Source: Candidatus Poribacteria bacterium (GTDB taxonomy: Bacteria > Poribacteria > WGA-4E > WGA-3G). From it: a DNA stretch of 64,000 nucleotides. This document shows positions 1-10,012 of this stretch, in pieces; the first letter of the stretch is position 1, and every line of letters starts with the position of its first letter. The stretch is taken from the NCBI GenBank assembly GCA_965242965.1, contig OZ251518.1, positions 2,496,001-2,560,000 of the forward strand. Direction: 5' to 3'. The position numbers were made by a program, and so were the translations under genes. Below the pieces are notes generated by a model. The model ran no database searches and had not been told where the DNA came from. It was given only the letters and a program-made list of their open reading frames with translations.

Positions 1-168
1 CACACCGCTACGCCTTTAGACAAAAACGAAGGCGTGCGCTACCCAGGCGAAGGGATGCTCAGGACGCGTCACGAAAGTCTGGAAAAGGGAGTCGTCGTAG
101 ACGAGGCGCAATGGCAGGCGTTGTTGGCAATAGAAACAGCGACAAACCAACTGGGAGAAGAATCATGA
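1..168 (+). CDS. 3' end of Ldh_2-family oxidoreductase (YiaK/DlgD-like), partial
   Basis: Frame 1 reads HTATPLDKNEGVRYPGEGMLRTRHESLEKGVVVDEAQWQAL..., resembling the Ldh_2 C-terminus. Its TGA overlaps the next ATG (ATGA 165-168). Confidence 0.65.
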   Translation, partial: HTATPLDKNEGVRYPGEGMLRTRHESLEKGVVVDEAQWQALLAIETATNQLGEES

Positions 169-1289
169 CACTACGTGCAGGCATCGTCGGGTGTGGTGGG
201 ATTAGCCGGAGCCACGCCGCCGCTTACGCAAATCTGGAAGATGTCCGCCTCGCCGCGCTGTGCGATATCAATCGCGAGGCACTCAACACTCGCGCCGATG
301 AATACGATGTCCCAAGCCGATACCTTGACTACGAGGAGATGTTCGCAACCGAGGAGTTGGATATCGTGAGCGTCTGCACACACGCGCCGTTGCACGCACC
401 TATCGCAATCGCCGCGGCGAACGCCGGCATCCACGTCTTATCCGAAAAGCCGTTGTCGGTGGATTTAGAAACCGCCGACCGGATGTTAGCGGCGTGTGAA
501 ACCGCGGGAGTCCACTTGGCAGTCAGTCATCAGTTTCGGTTTACGCCGCTGTTCCGGCATGCTAAAGCGTGGATTGACGAAGGACGCATCGGCGAACTCC
601 GTTCTATCCGCGAGGTAGGCAAGGGACGCGAAGCAGGATTTGAACTGATGGAGATGGGCGTTCACTATTTCGACGAGATGGACTTTTTCCTAGATGGCAT
701 CGCATGGATTCAGGCACACATCACCTATCAAGGACACGATGTCACGGCGGCGGACATTATGCACAGCAGTGAACTTTGCAAAACCGACCGGCGTGATAAC
801 GGTATCGTCGCGGGGGATACGATGCTGGTGCATATCGGCGGCGCGCGTGGAAACTACGGGATTATGGAACTCTACCGCCGTCCTCGCACACAGAATTGGA
901 TGATGGGCCCGCATCTTCTCGGTGCGGAGGGGCAACTCATCATCAAGCCTCACCCTGATACCGGCATCGATGAAATGTGGCACTGCCCCTCGGATGTCGC
1001 CTTTGCGGCGCATACCCCCGCATGGGAACGGGTAGAACTTGAACCCGAAGCGTCTCTTATCGCCGGAAAAGCGTGGCCGATGCGGCACACTATCTGGAGT
1101 GCCAAAAACATGCGCGACGCGATTCTCAACGGAACGGCACCCGAACTCGGCGGACGTAACGCGGTTACCTCGCTTGAGTGCGTCAGCGCAACCTATGTCT
1201 CCCATTTTAGTGGGACAAAAGTGCGGTTGCCCTTGACAGAACGGAGTCATCCGCTTGTGGCTATCTCTAACAGAGGAGAAACTATATGA
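165..1289 (+). CDS. Gfo/Idh/MocA family oxidoreductase
   Basis: GIVGCGGIS Rossmann motif, EKP motif, MGVHYFD. Start moved to ATG 165 (GGAG RBS, coupled to upstream stop). Confidence 0.9.
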   Translation: MTLRAGIVGCGGISRSHAAAYANLEDVRLAALCDINREALNTRADEYDVPSRYLDYEEMFATEELDIVSVCTHAPLHAPIAIAAANAGIHVLSEKPLSVDLETADRMLAACETAGVHLAVSHQFRFTPLFRHAKAWIDEGRIGELRSIREVGKGREAGFELMEMGVHYFDEMDFFLDGIAWIQAHITYQGHDVTAADIMHSSELCKTDRRDNGIVAGDTMLVHIGGARGNYGIMELYRRPRTQNWMMGPHLLGAEGQLIIKPHPDTGIDEMWHCPSDVAFAAHTPAWERVELEPEASLIAGKAWPMRHTIWSAKNMRDAILNGTAPELGGRNAVTSLECVSATYVSHFSGTKVRLPLTERSHPLVAISNRGETI

Positions 1290-2134
1290 AACTTGCTTTC
1301 TTTAACGACTACCAACTCGGTGTGGTAACGGATGCTGGCATCGTTGACATCGGCGATGCACTCAGCGGCATCTCGTATCGCACCCCGCAAGAATTGATGA
1401 AAACGGTGATAACGGATTTTGATAACCTGCGTCCGGCGATAGAGGACGCAGCCGAAAACGGCGAGGCAATCGCTGTCGATAGCGTCAGTTTTAAAGCACC
1501 GCTGCCGCGTCCGGGACAACTCGTCTGTATGGCAGGCAACTACATTGAACCCGATAGTCCGTCGCGCGGCGATTTCAACGCCTTCCTCAAATCGCCCACC
1601 GGCGTTATCGCCACGAACGAGACAGTTCAGTTGCCGAAGGCTGATGTTACCGTGTTTCACTTTGAGCCGGAACTCGCGATTGTCATCGGCAAAACGGCGA
1701 AGCATCTTTCTGAAGAAAATGCGTTAGATTGCGTGTTCGGTTACACGCAGTTTATTGACGTGTCGGCGCGCGGCTTGCCGGGCGGCTTCTTTTTAGGGAA
1801 GAGTTGGCATACGTTCGCACCGATGGGGCCCGCGCTCGTCACCGCTGACGAAGTTGCCGATGGAAACGCACTCGGCGTGAAACTCTGGATTAACGACAAC
1901 TTGCAACACGATTTCTCTACTAACTCCATGGCACGGTTTCTCCCCGAATTGTTGGCGGAGGTTACCAACGTGCTGACGCTGGAGCCAGGGGATATCGTAT
2001 CGACAGGGACGCATCACGAAGCACTCACCGCCATCGGCGATGGCGATACGGTGAAGTTGTCCATAGAAGGCTTCGGACCGGAACTGGCAGTCTCTGTGCG
2101 CGACCCGCTGAAAAGGACGGAGTGGCGCGGGTAA
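1286..2134 (+). CDS. Fumarylacetoacetate hydrolase family protein
   Basis: FLKSP, HFEPELAIVIGK, DVSAR, GKSWHTFAPMGP, LEPGDIVSTGT; GGAG RBS. Confidence 0.92.
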   Translation: MKLAFFNDYQLGVVTDAGIVDIGDALSGISYRTPQELMKTVITDFDNLRPAIEDAAENGEAIAVDSVSFKAPLPRPGQLVCMAGNYIEPDSPSRGDFNAFLKSPTGVIATNETVQLPKADVTVFHFEPELAIVIGKTAKHLSEENALDCVFGYTQFIDVSARGLPGGFFLGKSWHTFAPMGPALVTADEVADGNALGVKLWINDNLQHDFSTNSMARFLPELLAEVTNVLTLEPGDIVSTGTHHEALTAIGDGDTVKLSIEGFGPELAVSVRDPLKRTEWRG

Positions 2135-2142
2135 GAAAAAAC

Positions 2143-2172
2143 TTGACAATCGCACCGATTTTTGTGTATAAT
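2143..2172 (+). promoter_or_regulatory. Sigma70-type promoter
   Basis: TTGACA-N18-TATAAT upstream of the gene at 2267. Confidence 0.7.
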
Positions 2173-2266
2173 AATGTTGTCGTTCGCAATGCGTTTGGCG
2201 GACCGGGACATTTTGACGTTGTTAAGAATTATGCTTCCTGTTTTTTGACAATAAGGAGACTCATCA

Positions 2267-3193
2267 ATGAAAAAACCCAAAAATATCGTCGTTCTGGCAC
2301 TCTTCGCGGTTTTTTGCGCGTGGATAGCCGGATGCGGCGGCTGTAATCCGGAACCCATGCCGACTGGGATGAACCCTACGCAGGGCCCCGAGAACGGCGG
2401 CACAACCGTCCGGATTACTGGCGAAAAATTTGATATGAAAAACGGCGTAACCGTCACATTCGACGGGAAGGCCGCGCAAAGCGTGACAGTACCGAGCCAG
2501 ACAGAAATCAGTGCCGTGGCACCGGGCGGCATGGCAGGACAATCTGTCGCCGTTGTCGTCACAAACAAAGGGAAACCTGAAGTGCAGGCGACGGTGCCGC
2601 AGCAGTTCACCTACACCGATGCAACACCACCGACGGTGACAATGACAGAGCCGAGCGATGGCACTGTCTTCTCTGACTACGAAGATTCGCTGAATGTGCG
2701 AAATAGCCTCTCGGTGACGTTCAGCGAACCGATTAGCAGCGATAGTGTCTCAATCAGTGTGGCTGTGGCTAAAACAGAGGATGCCATGAGCGAGCCGATG
2801 GAGGCGATGCTCCCTGGCACCGTGAGCGGTATCGGTGATTCTGTAACGTTCACCTCCGACATGCCGATGCGCGCGGGCCGCATGTATACCGTCACCGTCT
2901 CCGGTGCCACTGACATGGCGGGCAATGCTCTCGCGAGTGCGCATAGTTTCAGTTTCAGTGTGACGAGCCCGGAGGCAGTCTACAAGTATTACGTTCAGGA
3001 AGAAGATATTCAGGACGGCAACGGTGAACCTGCGCTCAAACGCATCGCCGCGCGCCCTGAGATTTTTGATAATGCCGAACAGTGGGAACGACTGATTGCC
3101 GCAAATCAGGACTATTACGTCTTCGACCGGAAGAGACTGAGCATTGGGCAGTTGCTGCTGATTCCACGTGGCTCTGCCTGGGGCGATAAGTAG
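2267..3193 (+). CDS. Lipoprotein with IPT/TIG, Ig-like (Big_5) and LysM-like domains
   Basis: Lipobox IAGC; PTQGPENGGTTVRITG (IPT); DATPPTV...VTFSEPI...ATDMAGN (Big_5); YYVQ...W..L..AN...GQLLLIP (LysM-like). Confidence 0.8.
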   Translation: MKKPKNIVVLALFAVFCAWIAGCGGCNPEPMPTGMNPTQGPENGGTTVRITGEKFDMKNGVTVTFDGKAAQSVTVPSQTEISAVAPGGMAGQSVAVVVTNKGKPEVQATVPQQFTYTDATPPTVTMTEPSDGTVFSDYEDSLNVRNSLSVTFSEPISSDSVSISVAVAKTEDAMSEPMEAMLPGTVSGIGDSVTFTSDMPMRAGRMYTVTVSGATDMAGNALASAHSFSFSVTSPEAVYKYYVQEEDIQDGNGEPALKRIAARPEIFDNAEQWERLIAANQDYYVFDRKRLSIGQLLLIPRGSAWGDK

Positions 3194-3240
3194 CCTTCAT
3201 AAGCGCGCTTTGCAAGCGTGCACCGACTGACGAACTGACG

Positions 3241-3272
3241 AAAAAGCCGTGTAACTACTACACGGCTTTTTT
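3241..3272 (+). terminator. Intrinsic terminator
   Basis: aaaaagccgtgta-actac-tacacggctttttt hairpin with T-run. Confidence 0.8.
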
Positions 3273-3293
3273 CATCAAAGGAACACGAAAACG

Positions 3294-5015
3294 ATGTTTG
3301 GCACTCAAAACCATCCCGATAAACGCCTCGCTGAATACCGAAGCAATTTGACAGGCACCAAACACCTCCACCGCTTAACGCCGATGCGTCCAGTGCCGAA
3401 TCAACCGATTACAGTGCATGTCACAACCTCTGGCGGGCTCCCTTACGATGTTGTCCGCTGTTGGATAAACGAAACTGCGTTTGACCTTGGCGTGGATAAA
3501 ACGGAATGGAATTCGCTTGAATGGCGATACGTTCAGCATTGGCACGGGAAAATTCCTCCGCAACCCAGCGGCACACTTCTCAACTATCGCATTGGCGGAC
3601 GCGTTATGGGCTCGGATACATGGATTTTTGCGGACAACCAAGCGCGCACGAAATCCGCCGCAACCGAATTTGCCATTGCCATTGACGATTATGAGATACC
3701 CGAATGGGCACGCAACGCCGTTATCTACCATATTTTCCTTGACAGGTTTTATCCCGGCGATGGGGTGCCGTGGAAGAAACCGACGAATCTCTCCGGATTT
3801 TTCGGTGGCACGTTACGCGGCGCGATTCAGAAGTTGGACTACATCCAGTCGCTTGGATGCAACGCGGTTTGGCTCTCACCGCTCTTCGCGAGTCCCTCGC
3901 ACCACGGTTACGATGCGACAGATTACGATACGGTAGAACCACGGCTCGGCACGAACGCCGAGCTCCACGAATTAATTGACGAAGCACATCGACGCGGCAT
4001 CCGCATTATTATGGACTTCGTTGCCAATCACTGGGCTGACCAACATCCAACCTTTCAAGATGCACAGCGGGATGCAGACAGTGAGTATCGGGAATGGTAT
4101 ACGTGGCAGCGATGGCCTGATGAATACGCCAGTTTCTTCGGGGTGAAGGGGATGCCGCAGTTGAATCTGAAGCACAAACCGGCGCGCGATGCTTTGCTGG
4201 CGTGCGCGCAGCGGTGGCTACGCGCCGGTATTGATGGGTATCGGCTGGATTACGCACCCGGCCCGCCGCGTCCATTTTGGGCAGAATTTCGCATGGCGTG
4301 CAAATCAGTGAATCCTGACGCGTTTCTGTTTGGAGAGGTGGTGAGTCATTCGGAGGTAATCGCATCGTATCTGCCGCATTTCGATGGGTGCCTCGATTTT
4401 CCGTTGGCAGATGCACTCCGAAAAACGTTCGCGTTGGAAACGTGGACACTGCAGGAGTTTGAGGCGTTCCTCGCCGCGCATGAAAACTACTTCCCGGAGG
4501 GATTCGCGCTCCCGGCGTTTTTGGACAATCACGACATGACGCGCATCCTCTACTTGGCAAAAGAAAACAAAGCGAAGGTGAGGCTGGCGGCTTTAGTGCT
4601 TTTCACGCTTCCCTGCGCGCCTATCCTTTACAATGGCACGGAGGTAGGGCTCTCACAGCGAAATCCTCTCGGTAGATTTGAGGAAGCACGCTTGCCAACT
4701 CCATGGGGAGATGAACAGGATAAAACGCTGTTGGCTTATTTCCGCCGTTTAGGCGAACTGCGCAATCAGTTTCCAGAGCTTTCTTCAGGCAAAAGGGAGG
4801 CAGTTTACCTTGATATCGGGAGTGGCACCTATGCTTATCACCGAGGTAAGGTGTTAGTTGTTCTTAATACGAGTCGCGTTCCTCGCACACTGAATATGGC
4901 AGTGCCAAACCTTTCCGATACTGCTCAAGATCTTCTCAATGGGTATCCGGTGGAAGTTTCAGGAGATGTCGTGCGAATCTCACTTCCGGCACAGAGTGGT
5001 GCCCTCATCGCCTAG
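3294..5015 (+). CDS. GH13 alpha-amylase family (neopullulanase/cyclomaltodextrinase-like)
   Basis: IYHIFLDRF, HHGYD, DFVANH, GIDGYRLD, GEV, FLDNHD conserved regions. Confidence 0.92.
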   Translation: MFGTQNHPDKRLAEYRSNLTGTKHLHRLTPMRPVPNQPITVHVTTSGGLPYDVVRCWINETAFDLGVDKTEWNSLEWRYVQHWHGKIPPQPSGTLLNYRIGGRVMGSDTWIFADNQARTKSAATEFAIAIDDYEIPEWARNAVIYHIFLDRFYPGDGVPWKKPTNLSGFFGGTLRGAIQKLDYIQSLGCNAVWLSPLFASPSHHGYDATDYDTVEPRLGTNAELHELIDEAHRRGIRIIMDFVANHWADQHPTFQDAQRDADSEYREWYTWQRWPDEYASFFGVKGMPQLNLKHKPARDALLACAQRWLRAGIDGYRLDYAPGPPRPFWAEFRMACKSVNPDAFLFGEVVSHSEVIASYLPHFDGCLDFPLADALRKTFALETWTLQEFEAFLAAHENYFPEGFALPAFLDNHDMTRILYLAKENKAKVRLAALVLFTLPCAPILYNGTEVGLSQRNPLGRFEEARLPTPWGDEQDKTLLAYFRRLGELRNQFPELSSGKREAVYLDIGSGTYAYHRGKVLVVLNTSRVPRTLNMAVPNLSDTAQDLLNGYPVEVSGDVVRISLPAQSGALIA

Positions 5016-5029
5016 CCAACGAAAGACAA

Positions 5030-5070
5030 AAGCACTGTGCAACTAAACAGATTGTAGTTACACAGTGCTT
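5030..5070. terminator. Hairpin between convergent genes (likely bidirectional terminator)
   Basis: aagcactgtgcaacta...tagttacacagtgctt inverted repeat. Confidence 0.6.
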
Positions 5071-5087
5071 CTGGTTATGGCGATAGA

Positions 5088-5990
5088 CTAGTTTCCAGCG
5101 GCTCCTGCATTGTCCGTGGTGCCACCGTTTTCCGTAGTGTCTCCACCGTTGGCGGCTGTGCCGGTATCACCGTCACCACCTTCAGTACCATCGGCCCCAT
5201 CGCCAGTTGCTCCATTGGCATCGCCTGTCATGTCGGCATCGCCGCCCATGTCGCCATTGGCATCGCCTGTCATGTCGGCATCGCCTGTCATGTCAGTTTC
5301 CATGCCATCAGTCATGCCATCAGTCATGCCATCAGTCATGCCATCAGTCATGTCACCGGTATCGCCAGTGGTATCCGTGTCGCTGTCATCGTCTTCAGTC
5401 ATCTCCATCATCATCTCGGCAGGGAGTTTGACAAAGACGCTGTCGGTAGTGGCTTGCGCGTGACAGCCGTGGCATCCGGCACTACTTCCACCCGGGATAT
5501 CCCCGGCTTGCGGCATGAGTTCGGCATCCGCGGTCTCACGTTGATATTGGACGTACTGCCATCCGTTGTGGGCGGCATACATTTCGTCTTCTGTCTTCAT
5601 CATCATCGCGAGACGGAAAACGAAGGTGTTGGTATCATCCATGATTTCCTTGGCAATCGCTGTCCCGGGAGGGAAGGTTGCCATCGTCGCGTCTTTCAAT
5701 GCGGTGACCCCGGCTTCGTTGATATAAACCGTTCGGGTACCCATGCCGTGCGCTCCACCTGTTTCTTCAGCAGGGCTCGTAGCGTCAAAAGCACCAGGTG
5801 CGTCAAGCATGACACTCGTCCAGGACGCGTACTCAGCCCGTGAGTCCATCATGTCCATCATGTCGGCGGGCATCGTATCTGCGGTGGGCTCTGCCGGTGC
5901 CATCATCTTCTGTGTCCGTTCGCAGGAAACGAAGGCGACACAACAGATAAGCATAGCAATCAAGCCTAATTGAAATTTCTGCATTGTCAA
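5088..5990 (-). CDS. Cytochrome P460-family c-type heme lipoprotein with acidic low-complexity tail
   Basis: Lipobox FVSC; FPPGTAIAKE, MMMK, GWQY, C-terminal CHGCH followed by DSVF; tail of MTDG / DADMTG repeats. Confidence 0.75.
   Translation of the reverse strand: MTMQKFQLGLIAMLICCVAFVSCERTQKMMAPAEPTADTMPADMMDMMDSRAEYASWTSVMLDAPGAFDATSPAEETGGAHGMGTRTVYINEAGVTALKDATMATFPPGTAIAKEIMDDTNTFVFRLAMMMKTEDEMYAAHNGWQYVQYQRETADAELMPQAGDIPGGSSAGCHGCHAQATTDSVFVKLPAEMMMEMTEDDDSDTDTTGDTGDMTDGMTDGMTDGMTDGMETDMTGDADMTGDANGDMGGDADMTGDANGATGDGADGTEGGDGDTGTAANGGDTTENGGTTDNAGAAGN
5207..5352. repeat. Coding tandem repeats (12-bp catgccatcagt x4; 18-bp gcatcgcctgtcatgtcg-like units)
   Basis: Directly visible; encode MTDG and DADMTG. 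Confidence 0.85.
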
Positions 5991-6157
5991 TGCTCCTTAT
6001 CTATTTGAAATAAAAGGTTGTTTGTTGGGCTCAGCGAGCTCAACCTACGTTTTCACAACTTCATCAAAAATTATACCACATTTGCGATTAATTTGCAAGA
6101 AAAAAAGATTTTTTGCGACAATTTGACCTTTTTTCACAATTTTCTTTACAAAAAACG

Positions 6158-6291
6158 TTGACAAAAAATGCGCTATTTGCTAAAATAGAACCAGTTTTAA
6201 CGTTTTTAGGCGAATTTTCGCGTGAATTCGACCGGTTTCACGATTTTTCGCAAAAAAATGTTTGACATTTATTGCATTTTTCGTGTATAAT
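6158..6291 (+). promoter_or_regulatory. Two tandem sigma70-type promoters
   Basis: TTGACA-N17-TAAAAT (6158-6186) and TTGACA-N18-TATAAT (6262-6291) in AT-rich DNA. Confidence 0.65.
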
Positions 6292-7041
6292 AATTGCAAA
6301 CGTGGTGAAACGCGCGAAAAAACGCGCCACCGCGAGACTGAAACCGAACAGAGGAACGATACCGTGAACCAGCGAATTGTTTTTTCCATTGCTAATGAGG
6401 TCACCGTAGACCTGCTTGGGCACCGTGAGATGCGCGCCTGCCGTGCGTCTATGCCCGTTGTCGCGCTGTCACGACGCGTTCCCGTTCGGCTTAATGCCCA
6501 GAGGGGAGGCTCGACCCCCCCCGACACCCACAGGCGTTAAGCAAAGTTTATTCGCTTGACAGCGGCGACTTTTGTCGTCATGTCGTCTTCTACCCCGCAC
6601 GCATTCTTTGCGTGGCGGGTTATTTTCGTTGCATCGGGACTGGCCCGATGCATGTTTTCCCTGCCACATTTCCCGTTGCACTCGCTTCCGTTTTTACCTC
6701 CTCTGTTTGTCATCCCTTGTATCGGTTGGATATTCCCGCGCGTTGCTTGTGTTGGGGCAGCGCAGCTGCGCGCTTTCGCCGAGCACCTGTGGGAAGAAAT
6801 GCTGATAAGGAAGAAAAATGGCGAGGTATTGAAGGGCAGCGTGAGAACAACTGGATGTTGGCAGATGTTTTTAACTTGATGCCGCGGAAAACTTCTGATG
6901 GAGTGTTACGCATTGAAATCTAGGTGCTTTAGAGGATTGTAAGGAACTCAATAGGCATCTCCGATGCAAACTCAATGTGCATTCGGCAAGGTGTTAAATC
7001 GACAAAAGATCTGCACACTTGTCGGAAAGGAGCCTGAACCT

Positions 7042-7182
7042 TTGAAAAAATTCCTGATCTATAGCCTCATCATCGTGCTAGGTTGTCTGGTGCTCTATGC
7101 GAAGTATAAAGGGATCCCTATCATAGACAAGATTGTTCTACCGATTTTGGAATGGCTTGCCAAACTGGTGAGGGCCCTATAA
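7042..7182 (+). CDS. Small membrane protein (46 aa, TTG start)
   Basis: AAGGAG RBS then TTG; hydrophobic helix FLIYSLIIVLGCLVLY. Confidence 0.5.
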   Translation: MKKFLIYSLIIVLGCLVLYAKYKGIPIIDKIVLPILEWLAKLVRAL

Positions 7183-7399
7183 CCCACTCGTTCTTGAAAG
7201 TCTCAAATTCATGCGAATCCATGGATACGCTGAATCATATCTTGAAATGAGGTATTGGCTACAAGTTATCTCCAATGCACCTATGTAGTTGCCGAGCTCG
7301 CCTAATTCTGAACAGGTCAAACTCCGGCGAGTTTGACCTACAGACGCGAGACAAATCGACGTAATTCGGTATTACTAGAAAGGAGGTGGAAAAACTCAC

Positions 7400-7936
7400 G
7401 TGGAAAATGATCCAGTAAGCTTTGTCGAGTGGATGACAATCCTTATGAAAGCGCAAGAAGGATTAAGATTCCACTGGGAATTTTACACAACTGCATACCT
7501 CATCATGGTCGGCTGGTTGATGTCTATGGCAAAGAAGGGCTTAACTGTCCGCAATAAGTTGATCGTCACTGTAGTGTTCCTTCTTGTATCCGGTGGCTTT
7601 GTTAGCAATCTGAGGGACTATTTCTTGTTCTTAAATGCAGGATATAGACATTTAGAGGACAAGTTGCCCACCTATTTTAAGGTTGAAGAAGATTCATCTA
7701 ACAAGAAAGATGAATCTAGGAACATGGAAGATGAATTTCATGACATGTTTTCATACTACCGTTATGAAATTCCCGGTTATGGTGCGTTTGGCTTTTCAAT
7801 GATTTTGTTGATTTATCTGATCTGGTCTTTACCACCTGATAAATCAGAAAAACGATTGAGACGCAATTATAGGCCTCATCGGGTGAGAGAGGGCACAAAG
7901 CACGTCTCGCAAAAACTACGAAACCGGTTGCGGTAG
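7400..7936 (+). CDS. Hypothetical membrane protein (about 3 TM)
   Basis: AGGAGGTG RBS, GTG start, hydrophobic segments; visibly AT-richer than flanking genes. Confidence 0.65.
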   Translation: MENDPVSFVEWMTILMKAQEGLRFHWEFYTTAYLIMVGWLMSMAKKGLTVRNKLIVTVVFLLVSGGFVSNLRDYFLFLNAGYRHLEDKLPTYFKVEEDSSNKKDESRNMEDEFHDMFSYYRYEIPGYGAFGFSMILLIYLIWSLPPDKSEKRLRRNYRPHRVREGTKHVSQKLRNRLR

Positions 7937-7959
7937 TTATGAGGAAGTTTTACATTTGC

Positions 7960-8222
7960 GGTAGGGAATTTGCCGAACGTCAACGGCAAACTCTCCTGCC
8001 TCAATCCAGCCAAGCAGTTGGGCATAACTTGTGATTCCGACAGACGAGACATGGGCGGGCACACGAGCCCGCATCACAACCTCCGTAGGCGCAGTTGCAA
8101 ACCGCGCATACCGGTGAGTTACCGTAGGGCGAGGGCCTGTCCCTCGCCTTGCATCAAAATCCGAATGAGGGTGGATGTCCATATCCGCCCTCTTCAGTAG
8201 GAGGGACCTCCTGGTCCCGACA
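7960..8222. repeat. Cluster of GTAG-type palindromic (REP-like) elements
   Basis: gtagggaatttgccg..cggcaaactctcc; gtaggcgcagttgcaaaccgcgc; gtagggcgagggcctgtccctcgcc; gtaggagggacctcctggtcccga. Confidence 0.75.
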
Positions 8223-8242
8223 ACAACAAGGAGAAATCTATC

Positions 8243-9871
8243 ATGAAAAAAATGACGCTTTTAACCTTAACGCTGGTGTTGACAGCGGCGATGGCACTAA
8301 CACCCGCCACCGCACAACAATACGTCCATACCGACACCCTGACAGGACACACAAAATCTGTCGAGGGGATAGCCTTCAAGGATAACGGGACACTCATCAG
8401 TGGGAGTCGGGACGACACTCTCCGTGCCTGGGATGTTACCACCGGCACACAACGCTGGGAACAGGATGTCGGCGATTATGTCTACGCCGTTGCGCTCCCC
8501 TCGCATAACCCCCACTTCATCGCCTATGGTGGACCTGGTAATCATAACATTCGGATGCGCTATAGCGACGATGGCGACTGGCGCGGCGACGTGGCGGGGC
8601 ATACAAACAGTGTCTATAGCCTCGCCTTCAAACCGAACAGTTATCTGCTGGCGAGTGGGAGTGGTGACAATACCATCCGCATCTGGGATGTGGAGGACAG
8701 AGACAATCTGCGGCATGTGCGCACGCTGCGTGGGCATACGGGTAGTGTCCACTCGGTTGCGTGGAGTCCGGATGGTAGGACGCTGGCGAGTGCGAGTGAG
8801 GATGGCACGGTGCGGTTGTGGAATCCGAACAACGGCATCAACTTCGCCGTGCTGCGCGGGCACACGGAGGCGGTCAACTGCGTGGCGTGGAGTCCGGATG
8901 GCCGCATCCTCGCGAGTGGGAGTCGGGATGCCACTATCCGCCTCTGGAATCCCGATACGCACGGCACGCTGCGCGTGATGCGACTGCCACGTTTCGTGGG
9001 GTCCCGTGAGTTTGCGTTAGCGTTCCATCCGAATGGGGAGACGCTGGCGAGTGGGAGTACGCCGCGTGGGGCAATCGGAGGCATCATCCGCCTCTGGGAT
9101 CCGAACACCGGTGTTCGCAAAGCCACGTTCAGGGGATACTACGGGTTCACGAACAATGGCTTAGCGTTTTCGCCGAATGGGCAGATTCTCGCGGGCAGAG
9201 GGCCCGGCAGCTACGACATCAGTTTGTGGCGGTTGCTCACGGTGGATGTGACAGGGAATGGTAAAATCAACGTGAACGATCTCGTGGAAGTGGCCAAAAA
9301 CTATGGGAAAACTGTCGGGGCTGGTGCAAACCGGAGGGCGGATGTTAATAACGATGGGAAGGTGGACATTGACGATTTCATTGCTGTGGCAAAGGCGGTG
9401 GACGCGGCCGCGGGTGCGCCTGCGTTGGCACAGGAAGACATCAAGACCGGGAGTCTACAGGCAGCAGATGTGCAACGGTGGATCCGTGATGCAAAGGCAG
9501 CAAACGCAGACCCGGCGGGAATCGCCGCGCTGGAACGGCTGCTGACCTCGCTCAGTAGGCGGGACCTCCCGGTCCCGAAGGAGACTGTCCTGCTCGCCAA
9601 CTATCCGAATCCGTTTAATCCGGAAACGTGGATACCGTACGAATTGGCAGAAGCAGCGGAGGTTCAGGTTTCCATCCACGCTGCAGATGGGACATTAGTC
9701 CGCGCTTTGGAATTAGGGCAGCGGTCTGCCGGCGTGTATCAGAGCCGCTCTCGCGCGGCGTATTGGGATGGCCGCAATGCACAGGGAGAGCCTGTTGCAA
9801 GCGGGGTCTATTTCTATACATTGACCGCGGGAGAATTCAAAGCTACCCGCAAGATGGTCATTCGGAAATAG
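8243..9871 (+). CDS. Secreted WD40 beta-propeller with dockerin-like and FlgD/T9SS-like C-terminal domain
   Basis: Signal peptide; GH..V..VAWSPDG..LASxS.D.T.RLW repeats; DVTGNGKINVNDL / DVNNDGKVDIDD; NYPNPFNPETWIPY...YWDGRN...GVYFY. Confidence 0.9.
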   Translation: MKKMTLLTLTLVLTAAMALTPATAQQYVHTDTLTGHTKSVEGIAFKDNGTLISGSRDDTLRAWDVTTGTQRWEQDVGDYVYAVALPSHNPHFIAYGGPGNHNIRMRYSDDGDWRGDVAGHTNSVYSLAFKPNSYLLASGSGDNTIRIWDVEDRDNLRHVRTLRGHTGSVHSVAWSPDGRTLASASEDGTVRLWNPNNGINFAVLRGHTEAVNCVAWSPDGRILASGSRDATIRLWNPDTHGTLRVMRLPRFVGSREFALAFHPNGETLASGSTPRGAIGGIIRLWDPNTGVRKATFRGYYGFTNNGLAFSPNGQILAGRGPGSYDISLWRLLTVDVTGNGKINVNDLVEVAKNYGKTVGAGANRRADVNNDGKVDIDDFIAVAKAVDAAAGAPALAQEDIKTGSLQAADVQRWIRDAKAANADPAGIAALERLLTSLSRRDLPVPKETVLLANYPNPFNPETWIPYELAEAAEVQVSIHAADGTLVRALELGQRSAGVYQSRSRAAYWDGRNAQGEPVASGVYFYTLTAGEFKATRKMVIRK

Positions 9872-10012
9872 GCATCTGGGTTTCAGGGCGGATCTCTGTA
9901 TCCGCCCACCGCTTCCTTGTAATTCAAGATCAGGCGGTCTTGAGTTATAGATGCGAGACAATCCCACGTCATTTGGTATCACTACATCACATAGGGAGGC
10001 AGAAAACATCTG

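Noticed and set aside
6500-6532. tRNA/tmRNA-like 3' end (ggggaggctcgaccccccc)
   Set aside because: No TTCGA loop and no matching acceptor, D or anticodon arms.
8297-9126. Long antisense ORFs over the WD40 gene, and similar shadow ORFs over other genes
   Set aside because: Shadows of GC-rich coding sequence on the opposite strand with no independent motifs.
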